Assembly: GCA_964361405.1 (NCBI GenBank)
Contig: CAYIAA010000001.1
Coordinates: 84,917 to 148,916 of the forward strand
Length of the DNA stretch: 64,000 nt
Direction of reading: 5' to 3'
DNA from: an uncultured Candidatus Saccharibacteria bacterium
GTDB taxonomy: Bacteria > Patescibacteriota > Minisyncoccia > Phycocordibacterales > UBA3531
Of this stretch, positions 51,336 through 59,916 are shown piece after piece; position 1 is the stretch's first letter; every line of letters starts with the position of its first letter. The position numbers were made by a program, and so were the translations under genes. Under the pieces are notes generated by a model. That model did not search any database, was not told the DNA's origin, and saw only the letters and a list, made by a program, of their open reading frames with translations.

Positions 51336-51364
51336 AGCATAGCATATATAAGTTATATTGTCAA
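51336..51364 (-). promoter_or_regulatory. candidate promoter (TTGACA-17-TATGCT) for the 183-aa gene, abutting tRNA-Arg
   Basis: Minus strand reads TTGACA atataacttatatatgc TATGCT, then a leader with AAGGA before the ATG at 51294. Confidence 0.4.
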
Positions 51365-51368
51365 TTTA

Positions 51369-51440
51369 TGCCCTCAAGAGGAATCGAACCTCTATTTCAA
51401 GCTTCGGAGGCCTGTGTCCTATCCGTTGAACGATGAGGGC
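51369..51440 (-). tRNA. tRNA-Arg (anticodon CCG), no encoded CCA
   Basis: Minus-strand fold: acceptor GCCCTCA/TGAGGGC, D-arm GTTC-AACGGATA-GGAC, anticodon stem CAGGC/GCTTG with loop CTCCGAA, T-arm AGAGG-TTCGATT-CCTCT, discriminator A. Confidence 0.85.
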
Positions 51441-51469
51441 TTTGTGTGCAAGCTTAGTATATCACTGCT

Positions 51470-51508
51470 AAAAAATGGTGCGGCCGCGATGATTTCTCAT
51501 CGCGGCCG
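51470..51508 (-). terminator. rho-independent terminator (12-bp stem cggccgcgatga/tcatcgcggccg plus T-tract on minus strand)
   Basis: Immediately follows the stop of the 62-aa minus-strand gene. Confidence 0.6.
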
Positions 51509-51514
51509 ATACTC

Positions 51515-51703
51515 TTACTTTTCTTCCTCTCTTGCCTCGAGCCCCCAGAGCTTCCGCCATGCCCAATCGTTTATCCCAAAAACTATCACCAAAAAGGTGA
51601 CAGCGATGATGAATCCAATCCCACTAAGGTCGGATTTATCATCATAGTCGTCATCGAACCATGGTGTGCGGTTCTCTTTGTTTACCTCATCCATATTTCT
51701 CAC
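51515..51703 (-). CDS. small single-TM protein (62 aa), acidic N-terminus
   Basis: IGFIIAVTFLVIVFGI TM helix; a dedicated terminator lies directly downstream. Confidence 0.45.
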   Translation of the reverse strand: MRNMDEVNKENRTPWFDDDYDDKSDLSGIGFIIAVTFLVIVFGINDWAWRKLWGLEAREEEK

Positions 51704-51739
51704 TTTCGAGGAGGACGGTACAGGAGAGGGTATGCGTTG

Positions 51740-53707
51740 TCAACGGATGTGTTTCGCTTTGTCGAGATAGTCGAGGATTGTATTAATGAATTCGGCATGG
51801 CTCCACGTGAGCGGTGCCACCGATATTTGTTCTCCGGTGTGTGGGTCGAGTTGCTCGGACATAATGCCCGAGGGGAGTGCACGATCGCAGACCCATTTGA
51901 ATCCATCACGCACCATCTCGAGGTCTTTTTTCGTTTCCGCTATTGCAATCTGGTACTGATGGAGCCAGAGCGTTGTCAAAAACCATGGATTTCCCGTGAT
52001 GTGAGCGTCCTTTCTGTGGTACGGATCATTTTCGTGACGCGCGATGCCGCCAATGTGGCCGTGATCTCCGGTAGTTGAGAAAGAAAGTTTATTCACCACT
52101 GTTTCAAATGATTTTTTGATTCGCTCGTCGTCTTTCGGGAGAACTCCGAATCGATAGGGCCCGTAGAAACTACTCACGTCAATGGTGCGGTCAACATGCA
52201 TTTCTCCGCCTCTCGTATCGATGAGTTTTACGAAACAGCCGAGTTTCTCATCATACAGGTGTGCCAAGATGCCTTCTTTAACCTCGCGCGCACCCTGATC
52301 GTACTTTTCCGATTCTTCTTTTTTCCCGAGGACATCGGCAAAATTACTTGCGGCGCGGAGCGCCGCATAGACCGTCGCCGCCGTAAACGTGGACGTCCCG
52401 AACTTTTCTTCCCAAAGATCATACGATCCGTAGGGGAGACCGGTTTTCTCATCGCGGTAGAAATAGAGGAAGTCCGCGATTTTTTTCACGAACGGATTGT
52501 AAATTTTCTCGATGAACTCGAGATTGTGGTGAAGCGCATAGTGGTTCCACAAAGCGTGGAGAACGAGTGCCGTTTCGTCTTCTTGTATGGCGAGTTGTTT
52601 CTTGTCGTTATACACCCACGGATGCCAGGAACTCCCGAGCGAGCCGTCGGATTGGTATTTGTGATGGAGGTATCCTTCCTCGGAGAGAACTTTATTGCAA
52701 AATTCGAAAAAACGATTTGTTACTTCGATATAGCCCATCCGATCGAGCGCAATCGCCGTGAGTGCGCCGTCGCGTGGCCACATATAGTTATAGGTGTCGC
52801 GTCCATACTGGAGAATGTCCGAATCTCCGGAGGCAATAATGGCTCCGCCGTTATCCACGTGAGTGCGAATGATAAGGAGGGATTTTTTGAAAAGGTCTTC
52901 GAGTCGCGTGTCGATGTCGATTAAGTTTACCTGATTCTTGTTGACCCATGCTCTCCAATAGTTCGCCGTCGTTTCCACCATGTGGTTCGGAGTTTTCAGC
53001 TTGATTTCTTTCCAGAGCGTTTTTATTTCACTGAGGTCTCTTGCGGCGATGATGATGTAGTCGAATGTGCTCGAGCTCATTGCCGGGATATCGTGATGGA
53101 AACCGATGGTGGAATCAACCGAGCCGTGCTCAACCGGGTTTTTTGAAAGCACTCCGTCTTCGGCATCGCGCCAGGTGCCTTCCTTTCCTTCGATGTTGAA
53201 TACCCCAACGGAGTAGTCGTCGAAACTTCTGCCGTCTAAGTGTGCCCCGGTGACGAGAAAAATTCTTCTGCCGCGGTAGTGAATGATTGATGCAAAATCC
53301 GGGTCATAGTAGGCGGTGTTCCCGTGGTTTAATCCACTGATTTCGAACTGCTGGTTAAAAAATATCCTGATCGAGCGGTTACGGTTCCAGCGGTTTTCAA
53401 TGGTGATGCGCCGTATAAATACGTTGTCTTCGTTATAAACCGTATCTCGGAAGTGAAGGGAAATATTCAATTCGCGGTTCTCCGCGTCAATCCGTGAGAC
53501 GAGGGTTTCTCCGTCATAGTTGGTCCGCACATCCCAACCTTCGCCAACCCAGCTGTACGTTCCGTCAACCCAAATACCGATCCGATGAATGCAGTCAGCG
53601 GTTTGGTTCTCGAGTCCCACATGAGGGAAGTGGAAGTCGCGCACTCTCCCGTAGCGGTCGAAACCGATGAGAACATTCCCATTTCCCAATACGAGAGATC
53701 GAGGCAT
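51740..53707 (-). CDS. glycoside hydrolase family 15 (glucoamylase/glucodextranase/trehalase-like)
   Basis: N-terminal beta domain plus (alpha/alpha)6 region with the MWPRDGALTAIAL (WxRDxA) GH15 motif. Confidence 0.85.
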   Translation of the reverse strand: MPRSLVLGNGNVLIGFDRYGRVRDFHFPHVGLENQTADCIHRIGIWVDGTYSWVGEGWDVRTNYDGETLVSRIDAENRELNISLHFRDTVYNEDNVFIRRITIENRWNRNRSIRIFFNQQFEISGLNHGNTAYYDPDFASIIHYRGRRIFLVTGAHLDGRSFDDYSVGVFNIEGKEGTWRDAEDGVLSKNPVEHGSVDSTIGFHHDIPAMSSSTFDYIIIAARDLSEIKTLWKEIKLKTPNHMVETTANYWRAWVNKNQVNLIDIDTRLEDLFKKSLLIIRTHVDNGGAIIASGDSDILQYGRDTYNYMWPRDGALTAIALDRMGYIEVTNRFFEFCNKVLSEEGYLHHKYQSDGSLGSSWHPWVYNDKKQLAIQEDETALVLHALWNHYALHHNLEFIEKIYNPFVKKIADFLYFYRDEKTGLPYGSYDLWEEKFGTSTFTAATVYAALRAASNFADVLGKKEESEKYDQGAREVKEGILAHLYDEKLGCFVKLIDTRGGEMHVDRTIDVSSFYGPYRFGVLPKDDERIKKSFETVVNKLSFSTTGDHGHIGGIARHENDPYHRKDAHITGNPWFLTTLWLHQYQIAIAETKKDLEMVRDGFKWVCDRALPSGIMSEQLDPHTGEQISVAPLTWSHAEFINTILDYLDKAKHIR

Positions 53708-53822
53708 CTAGGTCAGATGGATTTTTTTTCGCGAACGTGAAATTTTTATTCCCGCCCCCCATTTCATAATAGATGTATGCTCATACGCTATCCTTAAGTA
53801 TATCGTTTGCAGTTTTTCTCGT

Positions 53823-55052
53823 CTACACGGTTGCGAGCGCCTCCGCCCTTTTTTCTTCTTTTCCACTCGCGAGCCGCAACTCCAAATCTTTGAGCACGTT
53901 CATATAGGAAAGATAGGCATCGTAAGGAGTGTCGTAGGGATTAAAGTATTTGTGGACATCGCCGTCGGCGAACCACTTTGTGCACATGTAGTAGAAATGG
54001 TCCGAGGTTTGCATGCGACGCCACGCGTCAAGGATATCGTAGCTCTTACTCGCGAGGACGCGCTCTCTTAGGCCATAGAGTGCTCGGAGCGCATCGTGTT
54101 GCATCGAGTTCGAGAGCCATGCCGAGAGGTCGCGCTCAACGTCTGCCCAGGAAACGTAGTGGGGGACATCGAGCTCGGCAACCGGCTTAAAGAGCGTCAT
54201 CGCCTCGGATGGCGTGATGAAACAATTATTGGAACTTTTCAGAAGTTCTCCGGGGAGTGCGCGGAGGAAGTCAAAAATTCCGGTGTCTTCCCACTGGTGT
54301 TCACCGAAAGTTTCATAATCCATAAAGAGATTTACGACCTGCGCATTGCCCTGCTTCGCATTTATCCACGAGCCGTATTTCCCAGTATCAAGCGGCCACT
54401 CTTCCCACGAACGTGAAGAAAATCTGAAAGCGATATCGTCGGAGAGTTTGTAATTCTTGAGAAGAAGTCCCATCTTCTTTGTTCCTCGTGGGCGGTAGAG
54501 AAAATCGGGACTTCGCCAGCCCAAAACATGATCCGCCCCTTCGGCGAGTATTCCCCGGAAACCCATACCTTCCGCGGCGAGCGCGAGGTCGTTTCGGTAG
54601 ATGAGTTCGGTGTTCCGGAAAACTTGCGGTCGCACCCCGAATACTTTTTCTATGGTACGGCGGTGCATATCAACCTGCTCGGCGAATTCTTCCATTGAGT
54701 AAAGGAATGAAAGCGAGTGGTAATACGTTTCGCCAAGGATTTCGACGCGGCCCGTTTTGACCAGGTCCTGAAACGATTTGAGCACCTCTGGAGCGAATTC
54801 CTTAAATTGTTCAAGGATTACACCGGTCAGAGAAAACGTCACTTTGAACTCCGGGTGTTGTTTCAAAAGTTCGAGGAGAATGCGATTTGTGGGGAGATAC
54901 GATTTCTCCGCTACCTTTCGGAGGACAAACTGATTGTTTAAGTTGCCATTCGTCCCGTTAAAATAGTTCCGGTCTTTCCCGATATCGAAGACGCGGTAAG
55001 GTTTGAGACGGTAGGGTTGATGGACTTGGAAGTAGAGGCAGAGTGCAGGCAT
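53823..55052 (-). CDS. glycoside hydrolase family 57 (alpha-amylase/4-alpha-glucanotransferase/branching enzyme family)
   Basis: YFQVHQPYR matches GH57 region 1 (HQP). Start set at internal ATG 55052 to avoid a 43-nt overlap. Confidence 0.8.
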   Translation of the reverse strand: MPALCLYFQVHQPYRLKPYRVFDIGKDRNYFNGTNGNLNNQFVLRKVAEKSYLPTNRILLELLKQHPEFKVTFSLTGVILEQFKEFAPEVLKSFQDLVKTGRVEILGETYYHSLSFLYSMEEFAEQVDMHRRTIEKVFGVRPQVFRNTELIYRNDLALAAEGMGFRGILAEGADHVLGWRSPDFLYRPRGTKKMGLLLKNYKLSDDIAFRFSSRSWEEWPLDTGKYGSWINAKQGNAQVVNLFMDYETFGEHQWEDTGIFDFLRALPGELLKSSNNCFITPSEAMTLFKPVAELDVPHYVSWADVERDLSAWLSNSMQHDALRALYGLRERVLASKSYDILDAWRRMQTSDHFYYMCTKWFADGDVHKYFNPYDTPYDAYLSYMNVLKDLELRLASGKEEKRAEALATV

Positions 55053-55057
55053 AGCTT

Positions 55058-56278
55058 CTATGTTAAACCAGAGGTCAGTTTTCCGTAAATCGAGAGACAT
55101 TTCTCCGCGGCCTTATCCCACGTCACACCGCGCGCCTCCGCACTGCCATATTCGCCGAGTGTGTCCTTGAGCGGTGGGTACGCGAGGACTCCGAGGATTT
55201 TATTCGCCATTTCCTCGACATCCCAAAAATCGACCTTAAGCGCGTGTTTCAAGACTTCGGACACGCCCGACTGCTTCGAGATAAGTACGGGAACCCCCTC
55301 TATTAGTGCTTCAAGCGGGGTAATGCCGAAAGGTTCTGATACGGAGGGCATGACATAGAGATCGCTCGCTCGATAGACCTCCGCAAGTTCCTCTCCACGG
55401 AGAAATCCAGTGAAAATAATTTTATCGCCGATGCCCATATAACTCGCTTCCGCGATGAGCTGGCGCTCCATGTCGCCGGATCCCGAGATGATAAAAATAA
55501 CTCGAGGATTCACTTCAAGCACGCGCTTCGCTGTGCGTAAAAAGTAATCCGCGCCTTTTTGAATGGTGAGGCGCCCCACGAAGGAGACCACGCTGTACCC
55601 ATGACTCTTGAATGCGAGTGTAGTTTCTCCTACCTTTCGTCGCGGATCCGCACTCATTTCGACACCATTATGAACCACTTCAACTTTGTCGGGGTTAATT
55701 CCGTACCTACTGGTGACGATGTCTTTCGTAAATCCTGAAACGGTTGCGACGCGGTCGGCGGTTTCCATACCCCAGCGCTCTTTCCCGTAGACATGTTCAT
55801 TAATATTGTGTCCACCGGTACGATCGAATTCCGTTGCGTGTACGTGTACGACAAGCGGTTTTCCACTTACTTCTTTTGCGCCGACTCCGGCGCCGAAGGT
55901 GAGCCAGTCGTGCGCGTGGATTACGTCGAAGCGCTCGCGAGCGGCAATTGCGCGCGAAAGTTGGGCAAAGCGCTCGACTTCTTGAAAAAGATTTGCTCCG
56001 TAGAGCCGCTGTTTCTTCGAGTCGAGGTTCCCATACTCTTCATCGTATGATTCGCTCGAGAGATAGGGCGAGAGGGGAGAGTCAACGATGAGATAATCAA
56101 TGCCATCGCCCGCAAAGACAAGTTTCAAATGATCCGCCTTGATAGGCTGTTTTTTTGGAAGCACGAAAATCACTTTTGATCCGCGCGCCACGAGCGCCTT
56201 GCTCAAACCAAAGCAGGCGACACCAAGCCCACCGCTGTTAAAAGGAGGGAGCTCCCAGCCGAACATTAAAATGGTCAT
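55058..56278 (-). CDS. GT4-type glycosyltransferase (archaeal-type glycogen/alpha-glucan synthase-like)
   Basis: N-terminal MFGWELPPFNSGGLG and C-terminal GITPLEALIEGVPV (E-x7-E). Clustered with GH57 and GH15. Confidence 0.7.
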   Translation of the reverse strand: MTILMFGWELPPFNSGGLGVACFGLSKALVARGSKVIFVLPKKQPIKADHLKLVFAGDGIDYLIVDSPLSPYLSSESYDEEYGNLDSKKQRLYGANLFQEVERFAQLSRAIAARERFDVIHAHDWLTFGAGVGAKEVSGKPLVVHVHATEFDRTGGHNINEHVYGKERWGMETADRVATVSGFTKDIVTSRYGINPDKVEVVHNGVEMSADPRRKVGETTLAFKSHGYSVVSFVGRLTIQKGADYFLRTAKRVLEVNPRVIFIISGSGDMERQLIAEASYMGIGDKIIFTGFLRGEELAEVYRASDLYVMPSVSEPFGITPLEALIEGVPVLISKQSGVSEVLKHALKVDFWDVEEMANKILGVLAYPPLKDTLGEYGSAEARGVTWDKAAEKCLSIYGKLTSGLT

Positions 56279-56484
56279 CCGATTTGGATGGTAACAGTGC
56301 TTTTTGCACACTTAAAAGCGCGAGCAGAAGCACTTTCTCAAGTATATCTCGAAAACACTCTATAGTGTGCTCATTATTTGCCTTTCGGCTGTGCATAACG
56401 CACTACGTGATAAACATTTTTCTGATTTTTCTCTATAGTGAGCGAAAAAAGAGATTTTCCGTGTCAAAATAGTCCAATTCATCC

Positions 56485-56619
56485 ATGAAGACACCATCTC
56501 TCGGTAAAAAAGCACCCGATTTTACGCTCCCTGACGAGGATGGAGGTAAACACACGCTCTTTGGGTACCGTGGAAGATAGGTGCTTCTCTATTTTTACCC
56601 GAGAGACAATACCGCCTAG
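56485..56619 (+). pseudogene. decayed remnant of a Bcp-type peroxiredoxin gene (two in-frame TAG stops)
   Basis: MKTPSLGKKAPDFTLPDEDGGKHTLFGYRGR-TAG-VLLYFYPRDNTA-TAG aligns with the Bcp N-terminus (KAPDFTLPDQDG...RGKWVVLYFYPKDDTPGC). The conserved Trp codon is replaced by amber and homology is lost after the second TAG. Confidence 0.55.
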
Positions 56620-56730
56620 CGGGATTGTCTTCCCCGATCAAGCGTCCGTGTGTGAGTTTTGTAAAAATTGACAGTGGTTGGAAACTGGATATAGCTCAGT
56701 GAGACCAACCCAAGAAGAAGGATTTGAGAA

Positions 56731-56919
56731 GTGAAAGGAGAGGTGAGAGGGAAGTTCCCTAATCGTGTGCGTGAGATACGCGAAGATCTTCTCATGACGC
56801 AATTGCGACTCGCCAAGAAAGCGGGCATAGCGGTTCACACTGTTTCGAATACCTTAGGGATGTGGCTTAGGGCAGATGTAGACACTTCTGCAAAAAACTG
56901 CTCACAGGTTCGCACTTAG
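56731..56919 (+). CDS. XRE-family helix-turn-helix transcriptional regulator (62 aa)
   Basis: VREIREDLLMTQLRLAKKAGIAVHTVSN is the HTH_3 pattern. GTG start preceded by GAAGAAGGA. Confidence 0.55.
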   Translation: MKGEVRGKFPNRVREIREDLLMTQLRLAKKAGIAVHTVSNTLGMWLRADVDTSAKNCSQVRT

Positions 56920-56974
56920 GCGCGAGGTAGTTTATTGCACCCATTCGGGTGCAATCGTATACTATCTAGGCAAC

Positions 56975-57907
56975 ATGAGAACCATCTTGCCTTGTACTTT
57001 TTATCGCACACTTGTGTGCGAGGTTGCTCTATTTATTATTGTGGTGGTTTTTTTCGCTTCATTCCCCGGAATTACTTTTGCGCAGGATGGTGAGTACACT
57101 TTTCTTGAACCATTTCCCTCCACGGATGGAACCTCGCTTACTCAAGTTTCCCGGCAAGATCTCTTCGCCCGATACGCCCAAACCGTTTTCAATCTAAGCC
57201 TCGGCGTAGCTGGAGTCTTGGCAGTTCTTATGCTCATCATAGCGGGAGTGCAATATACACTCGGAGCGGTGAGTGAACAGTCAAAATCGGATGCTAAAGA
57301 TCGTATCCGCTCGGCGATTCTCGGTCTTCTTATCGTGCTTGCCGCTTATCTTATTCTCTGGACCATTAATCCCGACCTCGTCAGACTCGAGCTCAATGTG
57401 CCCTCTCTCACAGAGTTTATGCCCTCACCGGGTCCGGGCGGTGCACCACCCGCGGGAGTGCCGCCGCCTGTATCGGTGCCGCCGGCGGCAGTATGTCCGG
57501 GCTGTAATCCGGTCACTGACTACAACTTTCCTAAAAAAGCACCCGGCGCCGGGTGTGCCGGTTCTACATGCTATCTTGAAGCATCGCTTGCGCTCCGTCT
57601 TGAGCAATTAGATACCTCCCTTCAGGCGGCCGGTATTTCGTGGCAAGTGAATGAGATGTACCCGCCGACGCGCACCCACAGCAATTCCTGCCACCAATAC
57701 GGAACCTGTACTGATGCAAGTATTACTGGTTCGCAGACGCCGGCACGTATTATCACTTTTCAAGAACTGGCGGCTGGGAGGGCGCTCCGTGCGCAGTATG
57801 AAGTCACTTCTCCGGCGCGGGAAGCGCAACTCCGGGCCGCGGGCGTAACGGACGTTCGCTACATTCCCGGAATCACCGGAGAGCACTTTTCGATATACAG
57901 TAACTAA
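56975..57907 (+). CDS. CPR-type T4SS pilin-like (TrbC/VirB2-family) secreted protein with Cys-rich C-terminal domain
   Basis: Signal peptide (..ASFPGITFA|QDG). Two hydrophobic helices (NLSLGVAGVLAVLMLIIAGVQY ... ILGLLIVLAAYLILWTINP) in the arrangement seen in CPR TrbC/VirB2-like pilins. Then a Pro-rich linker and an 8-Cys domain. Confidence 0.55.
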   Translation: MRTILPCTFYRTLVCEVALFIIVVVFFASFPGITFAQDGEYTFLEPFPSTDGTSLTQVSRQDLFARYAQTVFNLSLGVAGVLAVLMLIIAGVQYTLGAVSEQSKSDAKDRIRSAILGLLIVLAAYLILWTINPDLVRLELNVPSLTEFMPSPGPGGAPPAGVPPPVSVPPAAVCPGCNPVTDYNFPKKAPGAGCAGSTCYLEASLALRLEQLDTSLQAAGISWQVNEMYPPTRTHSNSCHQYGTCTDASITGSQTPARIITFQELAAGRALRAQYEVTSPAREAQLRAAGVTDVRYIPGITGEHFSIYSN

Positions 57908-58014
57908 TGTAGCCGATTTTTTGAGCATGGACTTACCCACCATGCTTGATTGCTCCGTTCTTTCTTTCTTTCTATAATAATAAGCGGTGTAATAGTAGTA
58001 AAAAGTAGATTACT

Positions 58015-58554
58015 ATGAATAATTCAAGTATAGTCGCAGTTCTCGTCGTAGCCGCGGCTCTCGGTTTTATCATTTGGTTTTCCATGGGTGCCGATACCAC
58101 CCTTCCTGCTCCGGAGGAAGAAGGTACAGTTGAGAAGACAGACAATACTTCCGATGCTTCCTCGGCATGGGACGCGGTCTTAAGTGGAAATACGGCAGGA
58201 GAAGTTAAAAAACCATCCGCTCCGACCACATCCGCTCCGGTAACGCCACCAGCGGCAAGAGGAGAAGATGGGGTATATGTCGTGACGTATGGAAACAATG
58301 GTTTTTCTCCAGTTTTTACGCAGGTGAAGGCAGGGGAGGCGGTTCGTTTTATGAATAACAGCTCCCGGGCGATGATGATTAAATCAACGACCAAGCCGCC
58401 GTCTGACCAAGTTTTTTACTCCGGTTTCTCGCAAGATTCTTCCGTGGGTAAAGGAGGGACGTGGACATATCTCTTCACGCAAGTTGGTGCATGGGGATAT
58501 ACGAACTCTAATTATCCGTCGCACGCGGGGACCATCCTCGTTTTGCCTCAGTAG
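58015..58554 (+). CDS. membrane-anchored protein with cupredoxin-like beta domain (no Cys ligand)
   Basis: N-terminal TM, Pro/Thr/Ser-rich linker, then a beta-rich domain (GVYVVTYGNNGFSP...GGTWTYLFTQVGAWGY...HAGTILVLP) resembling plastocyanin-like folds. Confidence 0.5.
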   Translation: MNNSSIVAVLVVAAALGFIIWFSMGADTTLPAPEEEGTVEKTDNTSDASSAWDAVLSGNTAGEVKKPSAPTTSAPVTPPAARGEDGVYVVTYGNNGFSPVFTQVKAGEAVRFMNNSSRAMMIKSTTKPPSDQVFYSGFSQDSSVGKGGTWTYLFTQVGAWGYTNSNYPSHAGTILVLPQ

Positions 58555-58584
58555 CAGGAACTAAGAAAGTCATATAAAAAAGAA

Positions 58585-58649
58585 CCCCTGGGAGTACTGG
58601 TGGGGGGGTGGGGCGCGGTGTTCCCAATCCTTTCCAGTACTCCCAGGGG
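58585..58649. terminator. long stem-loop (16-bp perfect stem cccctgggagtactgg/ccagtactcccagggg) with G-rich 34-nt loop between convergent genes
   Basis: A-run upstream gives a T-run on the minus strand, so it is terminator-like for the 58708..59259 gene. The loop contains tgggggggtggggcgcgg. Confidence 0.4.
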
Positions 58650-58707
58650 TCGAAAATAACTCTTCTCGCATTGTAGATGATCAGGGTTTAAGTGTCAAGC
58701 ATGCGGG

Positions 58708-59259
58708 TTAAAAGAATCGGGAAAGCTCTGCAATTGCGAGTATCCCAAGAAAGTTCGCGAAGAATGAGAAGGGGATGAAAAGAAGGGCACGCGTTTTCAC
58801 AAAACCGAGGATCATGATTCCGAGCTCGTCAGGGAATGGAGAAGCGATAATCGCTGCTGCGACAAAGGGCGAAAACCATCTGAAGAGTTTACGTTTGAAG
58901 ATGTGGCGGACCATCTCTCTACGTCGTTTATTGAAGAGCGACATGATGTCGTCCGAGAACCTATCTTTCACAAAGAGATAAAGAACTAAGTCGCCCAAAA
59001 GAGCGCCCAATCCGCCAAAAAAGGCAGTGTTGAGAATAGAGCCCGACTTTGCCAGGTGTGCGAGGGTGGCGATTGCGGGAGCTGTGGTAAAGGCGGAGGT
59101 AAAAAAGAATCCCGCAATAAAATTCTCAAGCGGCTCAAAACCTTCTCGCGCCATAAGGAACGCGTGGAGAGCACCGCTCTTTGAAAGCCATACCGCGAAG
59201 GCGATACTTGCCGTGATGAGTATCGCATCTTGGTAGAGATTGTTTTTTACGCCGTTCAT
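58708..59259 (-). CDS. hypothetical polytopic membrane protein (183 aa)
   Basis: 4-6 hydrophobic segments; no family assigned. Confidence 0.5.
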   Translation of the reverse strand: MNGVKNNLYQDAILITASIAFAVWLSKSGALHAFLMAREGFEPLENFIAGFFFTSAFTTAPAIATLAHLAKSGSILNTAFFGGLGALLGDLVLYLFVKDRFSDDIMSLFNKRRREMVRHIFKRKLFRWFSPFVAAAIIASPFPDELGIMILGFVKTRALLFIPFSFFANFLGILAIAELSRFF

Positions 59260-59305
59260 TTGAGAATAGTATAACGTACCCTCATGTTATACTGAGCATT
59301 CCACT

Positions 59306-59896
59306 ATGTTCGATCTTGTTCCACATATTGTCTCCGCGGGGTACGTGGGGCTCTTTACCGTCGTTTTTGTAGAGTCGGGGCTTTTTTTTGGTTTTTTTCT
59401 CCCCGGTGACAGCCTGCTTTTCACGGTAGGCCTTCTCGCGTCGCAGGGAGTATTTGATATCGCCCTCATGTTGGCGCTTTTAAGCGTTGCCGCCGTAGCG
59501 GGGGATAGTGTTGGGTATGCATTCGGCAAACGCGTTGGGCAGGCGCTTTTTTCAAGGCCGGAGTCACGCTTTTTCAAACCAGATCACATGCTTCGCGCGA
59601 ATAAGTTTTTCACAAATCATGGGAAGAAATCGGTTTTCCTCGCACGCTTTATCCCGATTGTGCGTACGTTTGTACCCATTGTTGCCGGTATCGCGCGCAT
59701 GCCCTATCGGGATTTTCTTTTTTATAACATGTTCGGCGGGGTCTTCTGGGTTTTCAGCATGACGCTTTTCGGATACACGCTCGGCGTGTATGTCCCGAAT
59801 GCTGAAGCGTATCTGTATCCGATTGTCGCCCTCATCGTCGCCATTTCCTTTTTCCCCGTGTTTTTTCAGGCGGCCTCGCGCCGTTCAAAAAAGTAG
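59306..59896 (+). CDS. DedA/SNARE-associated (TVP38/TMEM64) family membrane protein
   Basis: VESGLFFGFFLPGDSLLF and ARFIPIVRTFVPIVAG DedA motifs. Confidence 0.8.
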   Translation: MFDLVPHIVSAGYVGLFTVVFVESGLFFGFFLPGDSLLFTVGLLASQGVFDIALMLALLSVAAVAGDSVGYAFGKRVGQALFSRPESRFFKPDHMLRANKFFTNHGKKSVFLARFIPIVRTFVPIVAGIARMPYRDFLFYNMFGGVFWVFSMTLFGYTLGVYVPNAEAYLYPIVALIVAISFFPVFFQAASRRSKK

Positions 59897-59916
59897 CTAG
59901 CCCGGGGCCGTTTTCT

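Noticed and set aside
56284-56472. Plus-strand 62-aa ORF in the GT4-bcp spacer
   Set aside because: Low-complexity composition, no start context. The region more likely holds promoters.
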